From: Octopus vulgaris
Lineage: Eukaryota
Assembly (NCBI GenBank): GCA_951406725.2
Contig: OX597827.1
Span: 54,994,001 to 55,058,000, forward strand
Direction of reading: 5' to 3'
Length of the DNA stretch: 64,000 nt
This document shows, in pieces, positions 12,440-26,894 of this stretch; position 1 is the stretch's first letter, and each line of letters begins with the position of its first letter. Below the pieces are notes generated by a model that had not been told where the DNA came from, did not search any database, and saw only the letters and a program-made list of their open reading frames with translations. The translations under genes were made by a program, and so were the position numbers.

Positions 12440-12848
12440 AGGTGGGTTGCCACCTTGTTCTAATGCCTGACACACGATTACCCAAAAGACTGTTTTACAG
12501 TGAATTGGCAGAAGGCAAGCGTACGCAGAGTGGGCAGAAAAAGGACTTCAACAATACGCTTAAAGCCTCATTGGAATGTTTTCTGATCAATCCCGACACC
12601 TGGGCAATGCAGGCACAGGACTGCTCTGCTTGGCATAGCTGCACTAACAGGGGTTCCATTTCCTATGAAGAGAATAGGATCAGAGGAGCACAAAGAAAAT
12701 GTGAGCTGTGCAAGTCCAAAGGCAATTCCTTGCTTTCATTCCCAGCAGACCATCAGTGCTTGACCTGCAGCAGAACCTTCCGAGCATGCATTGACCTGAT
12801 TAGCCACAGTCTATCTTCTCGCATAAGATCATCATCGACGACGATGAA
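12440..12848 (+). mobile_element. RTE/BovB-type LINE, 3' end of ORF
   Basis: HLVLMPDTRLPKRLFYSELAEGKRTQSGQKK..TLKASL followed by C2H2-like CLTCSRTFRACIDLISHS, the RTE C-terminal pattern. Confidence 0.88.
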
Positions 12849-13531
12849 TGAACATTGTCATATACATGTATACACACACACACATATATATCTTTTATTG
12901 GTTTCAGTCATTAGACTGTACCAATGCTGAGACACCACCTTGAAGAATTTTTAGTCAAATGAATCCATCCCAGAATTTTAGTTTTAGTTTTAAGACTGGT
13001 ACTTATTCTATTGGTCTTTCATTGAACTGAGGATGTAAACACACCAACGCCGGTTGTCAAGCAATGGTGAGGTACAAACACAAGCACAAAGACTAACACA
13101 CACACAATGGTCTTATTTCAGTTTCTGCCTATCAAAGGCATGTGCCCAATGTGCCATGCAGTGGGACTGAACACTGAATCATTTGATTGGGAAGCAAGGT
13201 TCTTACCACACAGCCGTGCCTATATATATATGTAGGTATGTATATGTTGAGAGATAGCATCATCATTGTATTCACCATGTGGTTGGGAAGAAGCTTCTTA
13301 CCACATAGCCACACCTAATTTATTTGTCTATATGGAGATGCATAGAATGAGTTTGTATGATGAAATACGTAAACAAAGGGAAAAATATAAGGTTAGTCTG
13401 CTGGATCATCTTCTTAATAAAGTAAATACTGAGTGCAAGAAGGTCATCAGATGATGATGTTTAGCTCCTGGTCAATTTTGATCAAAAATATTCTAGCCAT
13501 GACCATTCCCATATTTTTGAACTTACATGCC

Positions 13532-13762
13532 TATTTCTTTACTACCCATGAGGGGCTAAACACAGAGAGGACAAACAAAGACAGACAAACAGATTAAGTC
13601 GATTACATCGACCCCAGTGCATAACTGGTACTTAATTTATCGACCCCGAAAGGATGAAAGACAAAGTCGACCTTGGCGGAATTTGAACTCAGAACGTAAC
13701 GGCAGACGAAATACTGCTAAGCATTTCGCCCGGTGTGCTAAGATTTCTGCCAGCTTGCCACC
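13532..13762 (-). mobile_element. SINE family B, long tail
   Basis: Full-length similarity to 41778-42008. Confidence 0.9.
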
Positions 13763-14382
13763 TTACGTAGTGCATCTGGGACTGCATTGTTTAATGTCTC
13801 CTTCCCTTTTTGACGTGTGACTTGAGAGAAATTTGGTTGCTATTTCTAGTAGGTCTATTAATCACGTGAAAGCTCAAGAATTTGCTATAATACTTGAAAT
13901 TTGAAAGGCTAGCAGATTCTTGTAAAGAAATATCTTCAGTTTTTTTTTTATTTCTTTCAAACTTTTGCTGGTTTCAATTTCTAAATAATTTATAGCTTTA
14001 ATCCAATGCTCATATCTTATATTGGAGCCCTTTTTAAGCTCTTTAGTAAGATAGTCAAATTTCTAATGCCTTTTGCTTGTTCAAACCAGCCATAAATAAT
14101 ATTTCTGATATTATTTTTAGCAACTCCAGTCAAATGATTCTGGAAAATGTTATTCAATACATCAATTAAAAGTTTTTATTTTTTTTATATGAACACTTCC
14201 AAGCTTACATTATTACAAATATTTAAAGAGTTCAATAGAAAATTTGTTCATAATTTTTTTTTTCTTCGTGAAGTAGTATGAGGGCACCGTAACTAATCCA
14301 ACTTTAATCATTATTAAATTTTTAATCGGTTCCAATTTGTGTAATTTGACCCAATGTGGAAACTGGAATAAAATTACCAGCC

Positions 14383-14781
14383 TTTTACTCTTTTACTTGT
14401 TTCAGTCATTTGACTGCGGCCATGCTGGAGCACTGCCTTTAGTCGAGCAAATCGACCCCAGGACTTATTCTTTGTAAACCTAGTACTTATTCTATCAGTC
14501 TCTTTTGCCGAACTGCTAAGTTATGGGGATGTAAACACACCACCATCGGTTGTCAAGCGATGTTGGGGGGGACAGACATGCAAACATATACACACACATA
14601 CATATATACATATATATTCGACAGGCTTCTTTCAGTTTCCGTCTACCAAATCCACTCACAAAGCTTTGGTTGGCCCAAGGCTATAGTAGAAGACACTTGC
14701 CCAAGGTGCCATGCAATGGGACTGAACCCGGAACCATGTGGTTGGTAAGCAAGCTACTTACCACACAGCCACTCCTGCGCC
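14383..14781 (-). mobile_element. SINE family A with long flanking direct repeat
   Basis: Full length; flanked by a ~28-bp near-identical direct repeat (14355-14382 and 14784-14811). Confidence 0.92.
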
Positions 14782-14872
14782 TTTGTGGAAACTTGAATAA
14801 AATTACCAACCCTTTTAATATTAACCCATCAGAGACCACTTACAATAGCTTAATAATGACAGAGTTATTTCA

Positions 14873-15098
14873 TTAACCCTTTAGCATTTAATCCAGCCAT
14901 ATCCATCCAGCCAAAATATTTTACCTGTTCTATGTTCAAACTGGCCAGATCGAGACTCTCTCAACTACCTTACAATGTCATTATAAACACACTCACATGA
15001 TCGAAATCTTGAAGTTACAAGATTATACATAATTAATTGAAAACAGTGTGAATAAATAATCATTACTTTGGACAGCAATCTGAGTGTTTAAGGGTTAA
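14873..15098. mobile_element. piggyBac-type MITE family 1
   Basis: TTAA-CCCTTTAGCATT ... AAGGG-TTAA; related copies near 23124-23990, 26030, 27312, 28015, 46480, 56165, 57484 and 62850. Confidence 0.8.
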
Positions 15099-18000
15099 AC
15101 TTCATTCTTTTCAAGATTAATTTGAACAAAGACAGTGTATTTCAACAGGAATATGCTAAGAAAAGAGTTGCCTTTCTTTGTTTCAGTTTGTTAACTCGTA
15201 AGTGGTGATGGTTGGTATGCTAGCAGCCATTTTTTGGTAGCGGTACCTAACAAATCATGATAAAGTACTTTACACTTCTCTGAGCTCACATGAAGTTCGG
15301 TGAGAGTGAATGCTACCCACCATTCTTCTCAAAAATAATGAATAAACATTACATTTGTTTTAGTTCACATAAAGTTCAGCAAGTGTGAATGCTGGCTACA
15401 TTACTTCTCAAAGGCAATGTATAAACATATCTCAGTTGCCAACTGATCTGTCATATAAGCTGTGTTCTTTTGATAGACCAGTTTTGATGAAGATAATGAT
15501 GGTTTCAAATTTTATACGAAGCCAGCAGTGTTAGGGAGAGTGGAGTTACTCAATTACATTCACTCAAGTGCTCAACTGGTATACATTTTATTGACCCAAA
15601 AAAGAATGAAAGATAAAGTCGATCTGATAAGGATTTCTCTATTTCAAGAAGAACACAAATATAAACATTAAGATACAATGGTAAACGACTCAACAAAGTG
15701 TTTTTGAGTATACAATGCATAAATTGTAAATGTAAATAACAAAGTGCATTCTTTTACTTGTTTGAGTCTTTGCACTACGGTCATGCTGGAGCACTGTCTT
15801 GGAGGGTTTAATTAATTAAACTGTCCCTTATTTTTTAAGTCAGGTGCTTCTCTAATTGGTCTCTTTTGCCAAACTGCTGAGTTAACAAAGCATAAACAAC
15901 TTTGCTAAGATTTGTGCCTTGCAAGGGAACTTTCTAAGTGCAATCCCATGGTCATTCCTGACTGAAGGAGGTCCTTTAACCTATGCTAGCATGGAAAAAG
16001 AAATATAAAATTAAAAGATGTGTGTGTGTGAAAGTTTATGAGCGCTGACATAGTACGTATGTGTGTGTGTATATATTCTACTTTGATCAATATTAGTTTC
16101 TATTTTTTGGTTTAAGGTCAGCAGTTTTGAAGGAATGGCAAAGTCAATTACATCAGCCCCAGTATATAACTATTACTTATTTTATTGACTCCCAAGAGAA
16201 TGAAAGGTGAAGTCAACCTCGGTGGAATTTGAACTCAGAACATAAAGAGCCATAAAGAGCCTGATGAGCTAATAATTCTGCCAGCTCACCTTTTTTGTAA
16301 TTTTCCTCATTACTTGTTTCCCATTATCAGACTGCAGCCATGCTGGAGCACTGCCTTGAAGCATTTGAGTTAAGCGAATTGACTCCAATACTTTTGCCAA
16401 AATGCTACATAAACACATCAACACTGGTGAGGGACAGAAACACACACGCAGACACATTTGTATACAATGAGCTTCTTTCAGTTTCCGTCTACCAAAGATA
16501 CTTGCCTAAGATGCCACACAGTGGGACTAAACCTGGAAGCATGTGGTTGGGAAACAAACTTCTTACCACACAGCTATGCCTATTGAACAATATTTTTATC
16601 AATGTTGAACATCACCTAATTATATTCTTTCCCATGTAATATCTTGTTTACTATTACCACTTCTGCTATATAGCTAATAGTATGAAGTCATAGTGGTAAA
16701 CTCTTGATAAATCAAGCATGTTTGAGGGAGGAGTCAAGTCAATTAAATCGACTCCATTACTCAACTAATACTTATTTTATTGACCCTGAGAGAATAAATT
16801 GACCTCAGCAGAATTTAAACTCAGAACGAAAAGATGGATGAAACGCCACTAAGCATTTTTCCCATCCTTCTATCATAATATTATTATCAAGGAAACATGT
16901 TCGTTTGTAATAGAAAGCAAATATAATCAAAATTATTAGCGGGTCCAGTTATAAGAGGTACAGAAAATTGTCTCTTAAAAATATTCAGCCAGGGCTGTCA
17001 CTGTCTCATTTTCAGTATTTTTTAATGCATCCTGTAAATCAATAAGGTCTTTGAATGTTGCTGAAGAGTTTATCTTTGTATCATGTATCTAGAGTAGGCT
17101 GTTGTAGTTTAGTCCCAGGATAACATTGATCAAGTAGTCACCATCTTTTGGTATATTTGAGACTATTTTGTCAGCGTATCCCTATATTTTAGGGCAGTAG
17201 GGTGTAATTTTAGAGAGATTTAGGAGTTGGTTTAAGTAGGCGAGTGATAACGTGAAAACTCTCTTCTTGGCTTGTCAGAGCAAGTCAGTCTGGTACGTTG
17301 GTGAAATCCAGCTTTCTCCAAACTGTAGAAGGATTTGAACTCAACACTGCTACACTGACTTTCATCACTGTTTAATGTTATAAACTGTGTCTCCTCCAAA
17401 TCAAATATTTTATCTACAGTTACAATGGAGAGAGATAGATGTTGCAAATTGAAGTTCTGTGTGTGTCATGAACACATTTCGATGTGCTGATGGTTGGATG
17501 TGATGAGTTGACCGCTTGACCAGCATCCTTTTAAATTCAGCCATCAGTAACCTGTCTTCAACTTGAGGCTATATTTATATCCAAACCTCTGCTTTGTATT
17601 GGATGTATTTTGTCTCTTCTTGTGTTGTGAACTAAATGTTATATATATATATATCAAACAACAACAGTATATCATCATCATTACCATCATCATAATCATC
17701 ACCACCTGTGTTCTATTTCTCTCTTGTCATCTTCTTAGAACCTAACTAACCACTTTCACTTTTCTACATAAAGGTGACTACCATAATAGAGCAGTGTCAC
17801 AGCGCCGATCTGTTTGCCAAACAAACCAATCTCTTCAATACTCTTCTTCACCCACGAGACTAAGAAGAGTCTCTGGTAAGTTTCTGGCACCCTCAATGTC
17901 TAGATTTAAGAATGACAGACTTTGCAAGCTTAGCTGTGTTCTGACTAACCTCTCTCTAACAATATTTAATAGCAGATTCTGAATATTTTGCTGCTAAATT

Positions 18001-18709
18001 CTTGTTTCCAACATTAGATTTCTTTTCAATTTCTGTTTGTTTTTTGAGTTTGTTCATTTTGTTTTAATCCTTAAGCATTTTATGACTTCAAACTTTTGTT
18101 CTCCTTTATCTAAAACACCAGCTGCCTTACTGTGTTATTGGCACATTGTTATTTCACACTAATACATAATATTCTTCGATTAACTTCATATCATCTGTCC
18201 CTGTTTCTTTCATCTATCCTTATTTCCTATCATCACTATACCACCTACCTTCCTTCCTTGCTCTCTCTTTCATTGGCTGTCCTGAAAGATTCTGCAACTC
18301 TTCTCTTTTCCTTATTAATATTGTGTTGAGTCATTTTAATCATACCTGTTTCAACAAGCCTATATAGCATGCAAGTGACCAATCAAATGCATTGAAGCAA
18401 CCCACTGGTCAGACATTATGCTCCAGTCTGGGCTGACATCATGCTGCACATTACATTTTTAGTGCATTACACCTGCCAAACAGTCCAAACTCCTACCAAA
18501 GCAATACCTGGACACCTTCTATTCTTCAGTGTTTTGATTTATGTAGCATTTGTCTCAGAACTACACAACTTTGTAGCAGACCTTGTAAGAATCCAGGACA
18601 AATGGCATTCCTTTAGACAACCAACTTTTTGCTAAAATTGCTATCAGAATGGTAAACCCAAGGCTTCTTTTCCTCAATTTCCCTTTGCTTATAGCTTTTC
18701 TCTATCTTT

Positions 18710-19075
18710 TATTCTTTACTTGTTTCAGTCATTTGACTGCAGCCTTGCTAGGACACTGCCTTGAAGGGTTTTAGTTGAACAAATTGACCCCCAGGTCTGC
18801 TAAGTTACAAGGATGTAAACACACCAACACCAGTCGTCAAGTGGCAGTGGCAGTGGTGGTGGTGATGATGGACAAACACAAACATGTGCACACACACACA
18901 CATACATGCACAGATGGGCTTCTTTCAGTTTCCGTCTACCAAATCCATTCACAAGGCTTTGGTCAGCTCAAGGCTATAGTAGAGAACACTTGCTCAAGGC
19001 ACCACATAAAGTGACTGAACCCAGAACCATATTGGTTGGGAAGCAGACTTCTTACCACACAGCCACACCCACACC
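18710..19075 (-). mobile_element. SINE family A, diverged
   Basis: Similarity to other copies, with an internal deletion. Confidence 0.85.
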
Positions 19076-20801
19076 TACTTATCCACCTTAGTGGATAAAA
19101 ATTCTTTTTTTTTAAGTTAATTTAATAATTACATCATATACAACACATATGTATATATATATAACTCAAAACCACATTAAAATACAAATCCAAAAACAAA
19201 CAAAACATAATCATGAGAGAAGAAGAAAAAAAAAGAAGATAAAAAAGAGGAAGAAAGAAGAAAAAAAAGAAAACACATCAATTTAACACAAAATGCTTCA
19301 ATTGGTTACACACCACAAGGTTCAACAGAACCTACTGAAGCAAGCCAATAAACTCATGACATTACTGCAAACGATTGCAAGGCTAAGGCAATGGAGCAGC
19401 CAAGCACCCTCATGGGCTTCACCTGACACCTCAGCGAGGCAAACCGCCAATGTTTATTATTCTCCTTCCCTTCTATTTGCTCATACACCACTGCGAATGA
19501 ACATTGCCAATTGTTTGCCTGTTTCAGAAAACATTAACAAAAACACACCAAATAAGTCTGCCCAGTTCTTACAAACAGAACTCATTGAAGAAAATGTTTA
19601 TTCAATTCCAGTAACTTGCTTCTTGTAAACAGGAGATGTTTTTCAGAGACTTTGACAGAGAGATACTCAGGGATGCCTACTGCATGAAACATTAATAGGA
19701 TAATGGGACACTAATACAGTTAAATTAATGAGATCAAGTAGAGGCATGTGGTTTATTGGTTAAGGTGTTGAACTCATGATCATAAGATTGTGGTTTCAAT
19801 TCCACAACTCAGCAACATGTTGTGTTCTTAAGCAAGACACTTCGTTTCATGTTGTTCTAGTCCACTCAGCTGCCAAAAATGAGTAATCATACATCAGACT
19901 GGGGTCCCATCCAGTGGGGAATATATGCATTTTAGAAACCAGGAAAATGGCCCTATAAGTCTATTATAACTCAGGAAGGATCTTTATCCTTTTAATGAGA
20001 CAAGAAATTTTAATTAATAACACCCTTACTGCTGAGAAAAAAATTATGACCTTGAATAGTTCTGTTCAAGACAGGCAAGGGAGACAACTCTGGAATTTAA
20101 AATCACTTCAAATTAATTAAACATAGAATGTAGTGGAGGAGTGAGTCTGATGATTTAATATCTAACTAGGAGAAATGTTTATAGAAGTATTTCTGTTAAC
20201 AGTTAAATTCTGGTGAAAACACTAACCAATTATCAAACAATGTAAAAATAACTATTTCTTGCTTATATAAATTCTACTTAAACTACGCTGTAAAGAAAAC
20301 ATCCAATTTATTCAAATGTTACACATCTAATTCAATTATATTTTCTTTCCATGATAAAATCTGTGTTGAGTTAAATGCTGTAACCTTATTATGCAGCAAA
20401 AGAGAAATGTTTAGAATTAGCTGTTTGAAATATTTTTCCCTTTGAAGTGTCTAGCATTGTTAACAAATAATAGCTTTTGTAGAGGCCAAACATATGGGAA
20501 TGCTCCACTGGAATATAAATTAATACAAGGTATTTAGTAACTTACATAAAATTGATCTGTGATAACAGCCAGCCATCTACAAATTCTGTTGAGACATCTT
20601 CAAAACCAAGGAAGTTCACTCTTAGTATAACAGGTAAATAGTAAAAATAAGGAATAACCATAGCTCTGCAAACATGGATCAACTTGAGTCAATGACAGAA
20701 CAAACAAACCTCTATGTGGTTGATATGCTAGAAATGATAGCCAAATCTTCAGCACATCACCCCTGCCATCTTGAAAACAGAACAGATAGGTCTGTTTAGA
20801 C

Positions 20802-21032
20802 AGGCGGCGAGCTGGCAGAAACGTTAGCATGCTGGGCGAAATGCTTAGTGGTATTTCGTCTGCTGCTACGTTCTGAGTTCAAATTCCACCGAGGTCAACT
20901 TTGCCTTTCATCCTTTCGGGGTCAATTAAATAAGTACCAGTTACGCACTGGGGTCGATATAATCGACTTAATCCGTTTGTCTGTCCTTGTTTGTCCTCTC
21001 TGTGTTTAGCCCCTTGTGGGTAGCAAAGAAAT
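20802..21032 (+). mobile_element. SINE family B, long tail, with ~19-bp TSD
   Basis: Head GGCGGCGAGCTGGCAGAA; flanks AGATAGGTCTGTTTAGACA / AGACAGGTCTGTTTAGCCA. Confidence 0.92.
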
Positions 21033-21571
21033 AGACAGGTCTGTTTAGCCATATATACATATGTGTGTGTGTGTGTGTCAACAAGCCACATGTGTAACAA
21101 CATCACAACAAAAGAAGTAGACCTCAATATTGTTGAAAAGAGAGGACTAAATTTATTAAATGACATATGTATGAAACACTTACACACAGGACCCGGAGTT
21201 TCTGAGCAGCGATTCACTATTCACTGCTCCTCAACAGTATTTTGCAAGTTTAATGTATGTTAGAGCATGTTTTGCTCTTTTATTAAACATACAAAGCTGA
21301 TGAAGCACAGCAAGTATTGAATCACTGCTCAGAAACTCAAAGTCCTTAATTTAAGTGTTCTGTATCTGTGTGTATGTGTGTGTGTTCTTTTATTCTTGTT
21401 TCAGTCATTTGACTGCAGCCATGCTGCAGCACTGTCTTTCAGTTTCATCTACCAAATCCACTCGCAAGGTTTTGGTCCGCCTGAGACTATAGTAGAAGAC
21501 ACTTGTCCAAGGCGCCAAGCAGTGAGACAGGACCTGGAACCATGTGGTTGGGAAGCAAGCTTCCTGCACCG

Positions 21572-21602
<31 letters not shown>

Positions 21603-23248
21603 CGACAGGCTTCTTTCAATTTCTGTCTACCAAATCCACTCGCAAACCTTTAATTGGCCCGAAACTATAGTAGACACTTGCTGAAAGTGTCACGTAGTGG
21701 GACTGAACCTGGAACCATGTAGTTGGGAAGCAAACTTCTTACCACACATCCACACCTGTGCCTATATACATATATATATAGAGAGAAAATAAAGATCTCA
21801 AACATAGAATATCTGTGAAAACAACTTAGAAGATTGAGTAAATGTAAATAAAATATTCAGCAAGTCACTACAGAGAATCAAACCCTCTCAAAGTTCTGGC
21901 TTAGAGTTCTGTACCATTAATCTAAGCAACCCCTGACAACAAATACTGTCTTTTTTATAATGCTAAATATAGATTTTGCTATGTGAGAATATTATTAGCA
22001 GGGAAGTCATGGTTGCAAAACCTTTGATTATAAATCTATTTGATCAAAACTAAACAACATGAATTAATGCTTTCTTTCTTTGCTCAGCTTGGTGTCACAG
22101 ATATTGAAGGAAGTTGGCCAATGTCACAAAACAACAATATTGGTTTCAAACTTTGGCACAAGGCCAGCAATTTCAGGGGGGCAGGGCCAAGTCAATTACA
22201 TCAATCTGAGTGCACAACTAGTACTTATTTTTATTGGCCCTGAAAGAATGAAAAGCAAAGTCAACCCCAGTGGAATTTGAACTCAGGATGTAAGGGCAGA
22301 CAAAATACTGCTAAGCATTTTGCCTGGCATGCTAACGATTCTGCTAGCTCGCCGCCTTTGAAACAACAATATCAACTAACAAACAAAATAATCCTCATTC
22401 AGGCTTTCTTGTATTCCTCGTAAAACCCACTTAGATGCATGATGTTTTGTTTGTTTTTTTTTTATCTTTTTCTTACATTTTCTTTCTTTTTTTTTTTAAT
22501 GTGTTTTATTCTCCCCCATCTCTTTCAACCTAAAAACTCAAGAAGTCATGATTTCCTCAATTAATATTTGACATTGAGACCTGTCTGATACCAACTGAAA
22601 TAGATTTCTGCTCGGAACAAACACAGCAGGGAAATCTTTCCTAATTTGTTGTCTTCTCGCAGACACAGAATTAATAGCTTTGTTTTATTTATTTATTTAT
22701 AACTACTCTTTCCTCCAGATAACTACAAGTAGCACTGGCTGGAGGCCAACTAACTACCTATAAACATGTCAGCTTCTCAACAATCTAACCCCTCACCATA
22801 TTCAAGTATCAACCTTCATTTTGATCATATCTGTATGAAAGCAAACTTTCTGAAGATTTTTTTTTTTTTTGCTTTGTTTTTACACCTCTACTAAATGCTA
22901 CTGCCATACCTGCTATGTTTTCAAGGAAATTAAATTTCTTACCAAAATACTTTATTTAATGCTTTATTTTATATATTTTTCTGATCTCTCCCAACTCAGC
23001 ATTTTTGTAAAAAAGAAGAGTTGGCTTTTCTTAAACTTCAAGCCATAGTAGATAGGAACATGAGCCGAAAAGTAATGTATTTATCAATAAGTGGCTACAA
23101 AGTTGGTCTTTAGGGTTTAATGCCTTAACATTCAAACTGGCTTTATCCGACCTGTTTTGTGTTCAATCTAACTAGATCAGGCCTCTTACACCTACCCTAC
23201 AATGTCATTCTAAAAACTAAACATCACATCATTGAAGTCTCAAGAGAT

Positions 23249-23623
23249 AGGTGTAGGAGTGGCTGTGTGGTAAGTAGCTTGCTTACGAACCACATGGTTC
23301 TGGGTTCAGTCCCACTGCATGGCACCATGGGCAAGTGTCTTCTTCTATAATCTCGGGCCAACCAAAGCCTTGTGAGTGGATTTGGTAGACAGAAACTGAA
23401 AGAAACCTGTCGTATATATGTATTTCTCTTGTATACATGTATATTTCTGTCGTATATATGTATTTCTCTCCTTGTTTCTTTCTGTGTCCCTTTCTGTAGA
23501 AGAGCGTAGGCTTGAAACGTAAAAGACTTTTTCACTTCCCGAGCGTTATACTAATACATCTGTTTGTTTTGTACACCACCTGTCTTCGTCTTTTGTATTT
23601 TTTAAACTCTCCCTATTTATATA

Positions 23624-23667
<44 letters not shown>

Positions 23668-23908
23668 GTGTGTATGTATGTGTGTGTGTGTGTATGTGTG
23701 TGTGTCTGTGTTTGTCCCTCTAACATCGCTTGACAACCGTTGCTGGTGTGTTTAAGTCCCTGTAACTTAGTGATTTGGCAAAAAAGAGACCGATAGAATA
23801 AGTACTAGGCTTCCAAAGAATAAGTCCTGGAGTCGATTTGCTTGACTAAAGGTGGTGCTCCAGCATGGCCACAGTCACATGACTGAAACAAGTAAAAGAG
23901 TAAAAGAG
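23249..23908 (+). mobile_element. SINE family A inserted in a piggyBac-type MITE and carrying a nested insertion
   Basis: Head GGTGTAGGAGTGGCTGTGTGG; AAGAGATA on both sides; MITE halves on either flank. Confidence 0.9.
23462..23614 (+). mobile_element. Short Penelope-like repeat (copy 2), nested in the microsatellite of a family-A SINE
   Basis: Motif TTTCTGTAGAAGAGCGTAGGCTTGAAACGTAAAAGAC; body shared with copies 1 and 3. Confidence 0.55.
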
Positions 23909-24379
23909 ATACTGAATAATTAATTTAAAACAATGTGAATAAGTGAACAAGCATTACATTTCACAGAATAATCTGAATGCTAATGGTTTAGGTTTAAATA
24001 TGGCACAAGTTTGCTAACAAAGTATTGCGACTCAGTCTACAGTGTTAAAAATATCATACCTTGCTTCAGCAACTTATGTAAATACCAGCTTACAAAGGAG
24101 CTTCTTTACAACCACTGAACCTTTTAGAAGCAGCAACCATATCTCCCTCTGATCCTATCCTACTATCTTAGAAAATAATAAAATAGATGATAAAACCAAT
24201 AACACATGGAATATTGTGATTCAGGGTATACTATACCTAAATCTAAACTCAAGCACTATGACCAGTTGGACTTGATGCATCAAAAACAATGGGAAAATCT
24301 ATCATGTGTATGTATTTGTGTGTGTGTGTATTTGTGCATGTGTGTGTGTACGTATTTGTGCATGTGTGTGTGTGTGTAT

Positions 24380-24617
24380 TTCTTATTTCTTTATTGCCCA
24401 CATTGGGGGCTAAATATAGAAGGGACAAACAAGGACAGACAAATGGATTAAGTCGATTATATCAATCCCAGTGCGTAACTGGTACTTATTTAATTGACCC
24501 CAAAAGGATGAAAGACAAAGTCGACCTCGGCAGAATTTGAACTGGGAACGTAGCGGCAGATGAAATACCGCTGAGCATTTCGCCTGGTGTGCTAACGATT
24601 CTACCAGCTTGCCGCCT
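24380..24617 (-). mobile_element. SINE family B inserted in a family-A SINE remnant
   Basis: Full length; family-A head resumes at about 24625. Confidence 0.88.
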
Positions 24618-25256
24618 GTGTGTATTTCTGTTTACCAAATCCGCTCACAAGGCTTTGGTCAGCCCAAGGCAGTAGTAGAGGACACTTGCCCAAGGTGCCA
24701 CACAGCGGGACTGAACCCAGAAACATGTGGTTAGGAAGCAAGCTTCTTACCACACAGCCGTGCCTATATTCGATGATGATAATGATATAAACAAGAGTCT
24801 ACTGTTGGAGCCCCAAGAAGAATTTGAAATCAGTATCTGAAACTAATTAAACACTTAGCTCTTAACTCCTACACCTGCTTGCAAAGGTAAATTTTATCTC
24901 TTTCTGATATCAATTTACAGTGTAATAGAGTTGGTAGCTGTGAATGAAATGTATTGCTAAAGATAGAGTGCAACAGCAGTGAAGAGAAATGAATTGTCAA
25001 GAATTTAGCCAGCAGTTCTTGACAATTCTTGACAATTCAACATTTGACTCTTATACAAGTATGCAGATATTATGGGCTTCTTTTTTTTTTTTTTTTTTTT
25101 CTGCACAAACCAGCAGGGCACTGTTTTTAAGAGTTTTATCTGGAAATTTCACAATGTGTGTAACTGAACTAATTAATCATCTCAGAGGTCAAGGACAGAA
25201 ACTTAGTAATGTTATATATATGTGTGTATATATATGTGTGTGTGTGTATATATGTG

Positions 25257-25288
<32 letters not shown>

Positions 25289-26282
25289 TTCCAGTTAAAG
25301 CATTTGTTAGGGTTGTTCCACTCTCAATCAGCCCTATGATCAGACATACCATCTGGCATCATCTCTTCTTCTTTTCAGGTATAGTGTATCCATACATTAT
25401 CCAGTGTAATCTCCTTGATTTTTTTTTTTTTTTTGCTTTTGTATCTGGCTGTATAGAGGTACATAATTTTGTTGGCTGTTTTTTTTTGTGTGTTTTGGGT
25501 TTTTTTTATTTTTGGTAGGTGTGGTTTCCCTCTTCCTGTGCAAGGGAGTGTTAATCATTTATTAATTAGCACTTACTCTGTTAAATCATGCAAGTTCAAA
25601 GAGATACTTAATCTACCGGATAAGGTTTGAACCTGTTGGCTCCATTTACTCATAACAAAATCATTTTCAATTTAATCAACATTTATCACAATGTTTCACT
25701 TTCTTCATAAATCATTGTATCATTTAACCATCCCTGCACACAACTAGATGATTATTATTATTTTGTGTTTCATTTTGTTATTTATTATTTTCTTTTGATG
25801 TATAGATGAAAATTTTTTTTTAATGTAAGTTATGTATTTAGTGTTTGATAAAAACATTTATCAAATTGATATAAGTAAATTTACTATATTATATATCATA
25901 TGCTTGTACACCTGCAACATATTTTAAAATACTGTTCAAGCATTTGTAAGTAGAGTATCAGTGTGTATATATATATATATATTTGAGAAGTAATTCATCC
26001 TCATCATCATTTAACTCATTAGCTTTTAAAATGGTCATATCTTGCCTAAATATTCTACCTGTTTTATGTTCAAACTGTCAATATCTGGTCTCTTACATCT
26101 ACCCTACAATATCTTTCTAAAAATGTGCAATCACATCACTGAAATCTCAAAACTATGAGATAATGCATGATTAGCTTAAAACAATGTGAATTTAATAAGT
26201 ACTAAATTTGACAGAGCATATGTTATATGCACATTCATACAACACAATGCACATGCACAAATTTTATAAGTCTTGTCATTCA

Positions 26283-26322
<40 letters not shown>

Positions 26323-26329
26323 CTTTATT

Positions 26330-26634
26330 CATGCACCCTTTTCAAGCCTAACCAGGCTCATGGGCCCGATTTCCTGGTTTCTATGGCGTATGTGTTCCCC
26401 CCAGCTGGACGAGACGCCAGTCCATTGCTGCATTACTCAAGAAAAAGAAAGAAAGAGTGAGAGAAAGTTGGAGCGAGAGAGTACAACAGGGGTCGCCACC
26501 ACCCCCTGCCGGAGCCTTGTGGAGCTATAGGTGTTTTCGCTCAATTAACACACACAACGCTCGGTCTGGGAATCGAATCCGCGATCCTCCGACCGCGGGT
26601 CTGCTGCCTTAACCACTGGACCATTGCACCTCCA
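26330..26634 (-). mobile_element. SINE family D (tRNA-derived)
   Basis: Minus strand TGGTCCAGTGG A-box and GATTCGATTCCC B-box; related copy at about 8975-9250; both sit in (TA)n. Confidence 0.8.
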
Positions 26635-26824
26635 CATATATATATATATATATATATATATTGATTCATGTATAAATACAGTTATTTAGGTTTTGGTGGA
26701 GTGACAATACATTTACAAACTTTTTTATACTACAAAACATAGCACAATACTGAATTACTTATTCCTTTCTGAGTTGGGAAAATACAAGTTATGGTGTATG
26801 TATGCATGTATACATAACTGTTTT

Positions 26825-26894
<70 letters not shown>

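Noticed and set aside
12334-12930. 198-aa ORF as a host zinc-finger gene
   Set aside because: Chimeric: starts in a Helitron-like end and continues in an RTE LINE C-terminus.
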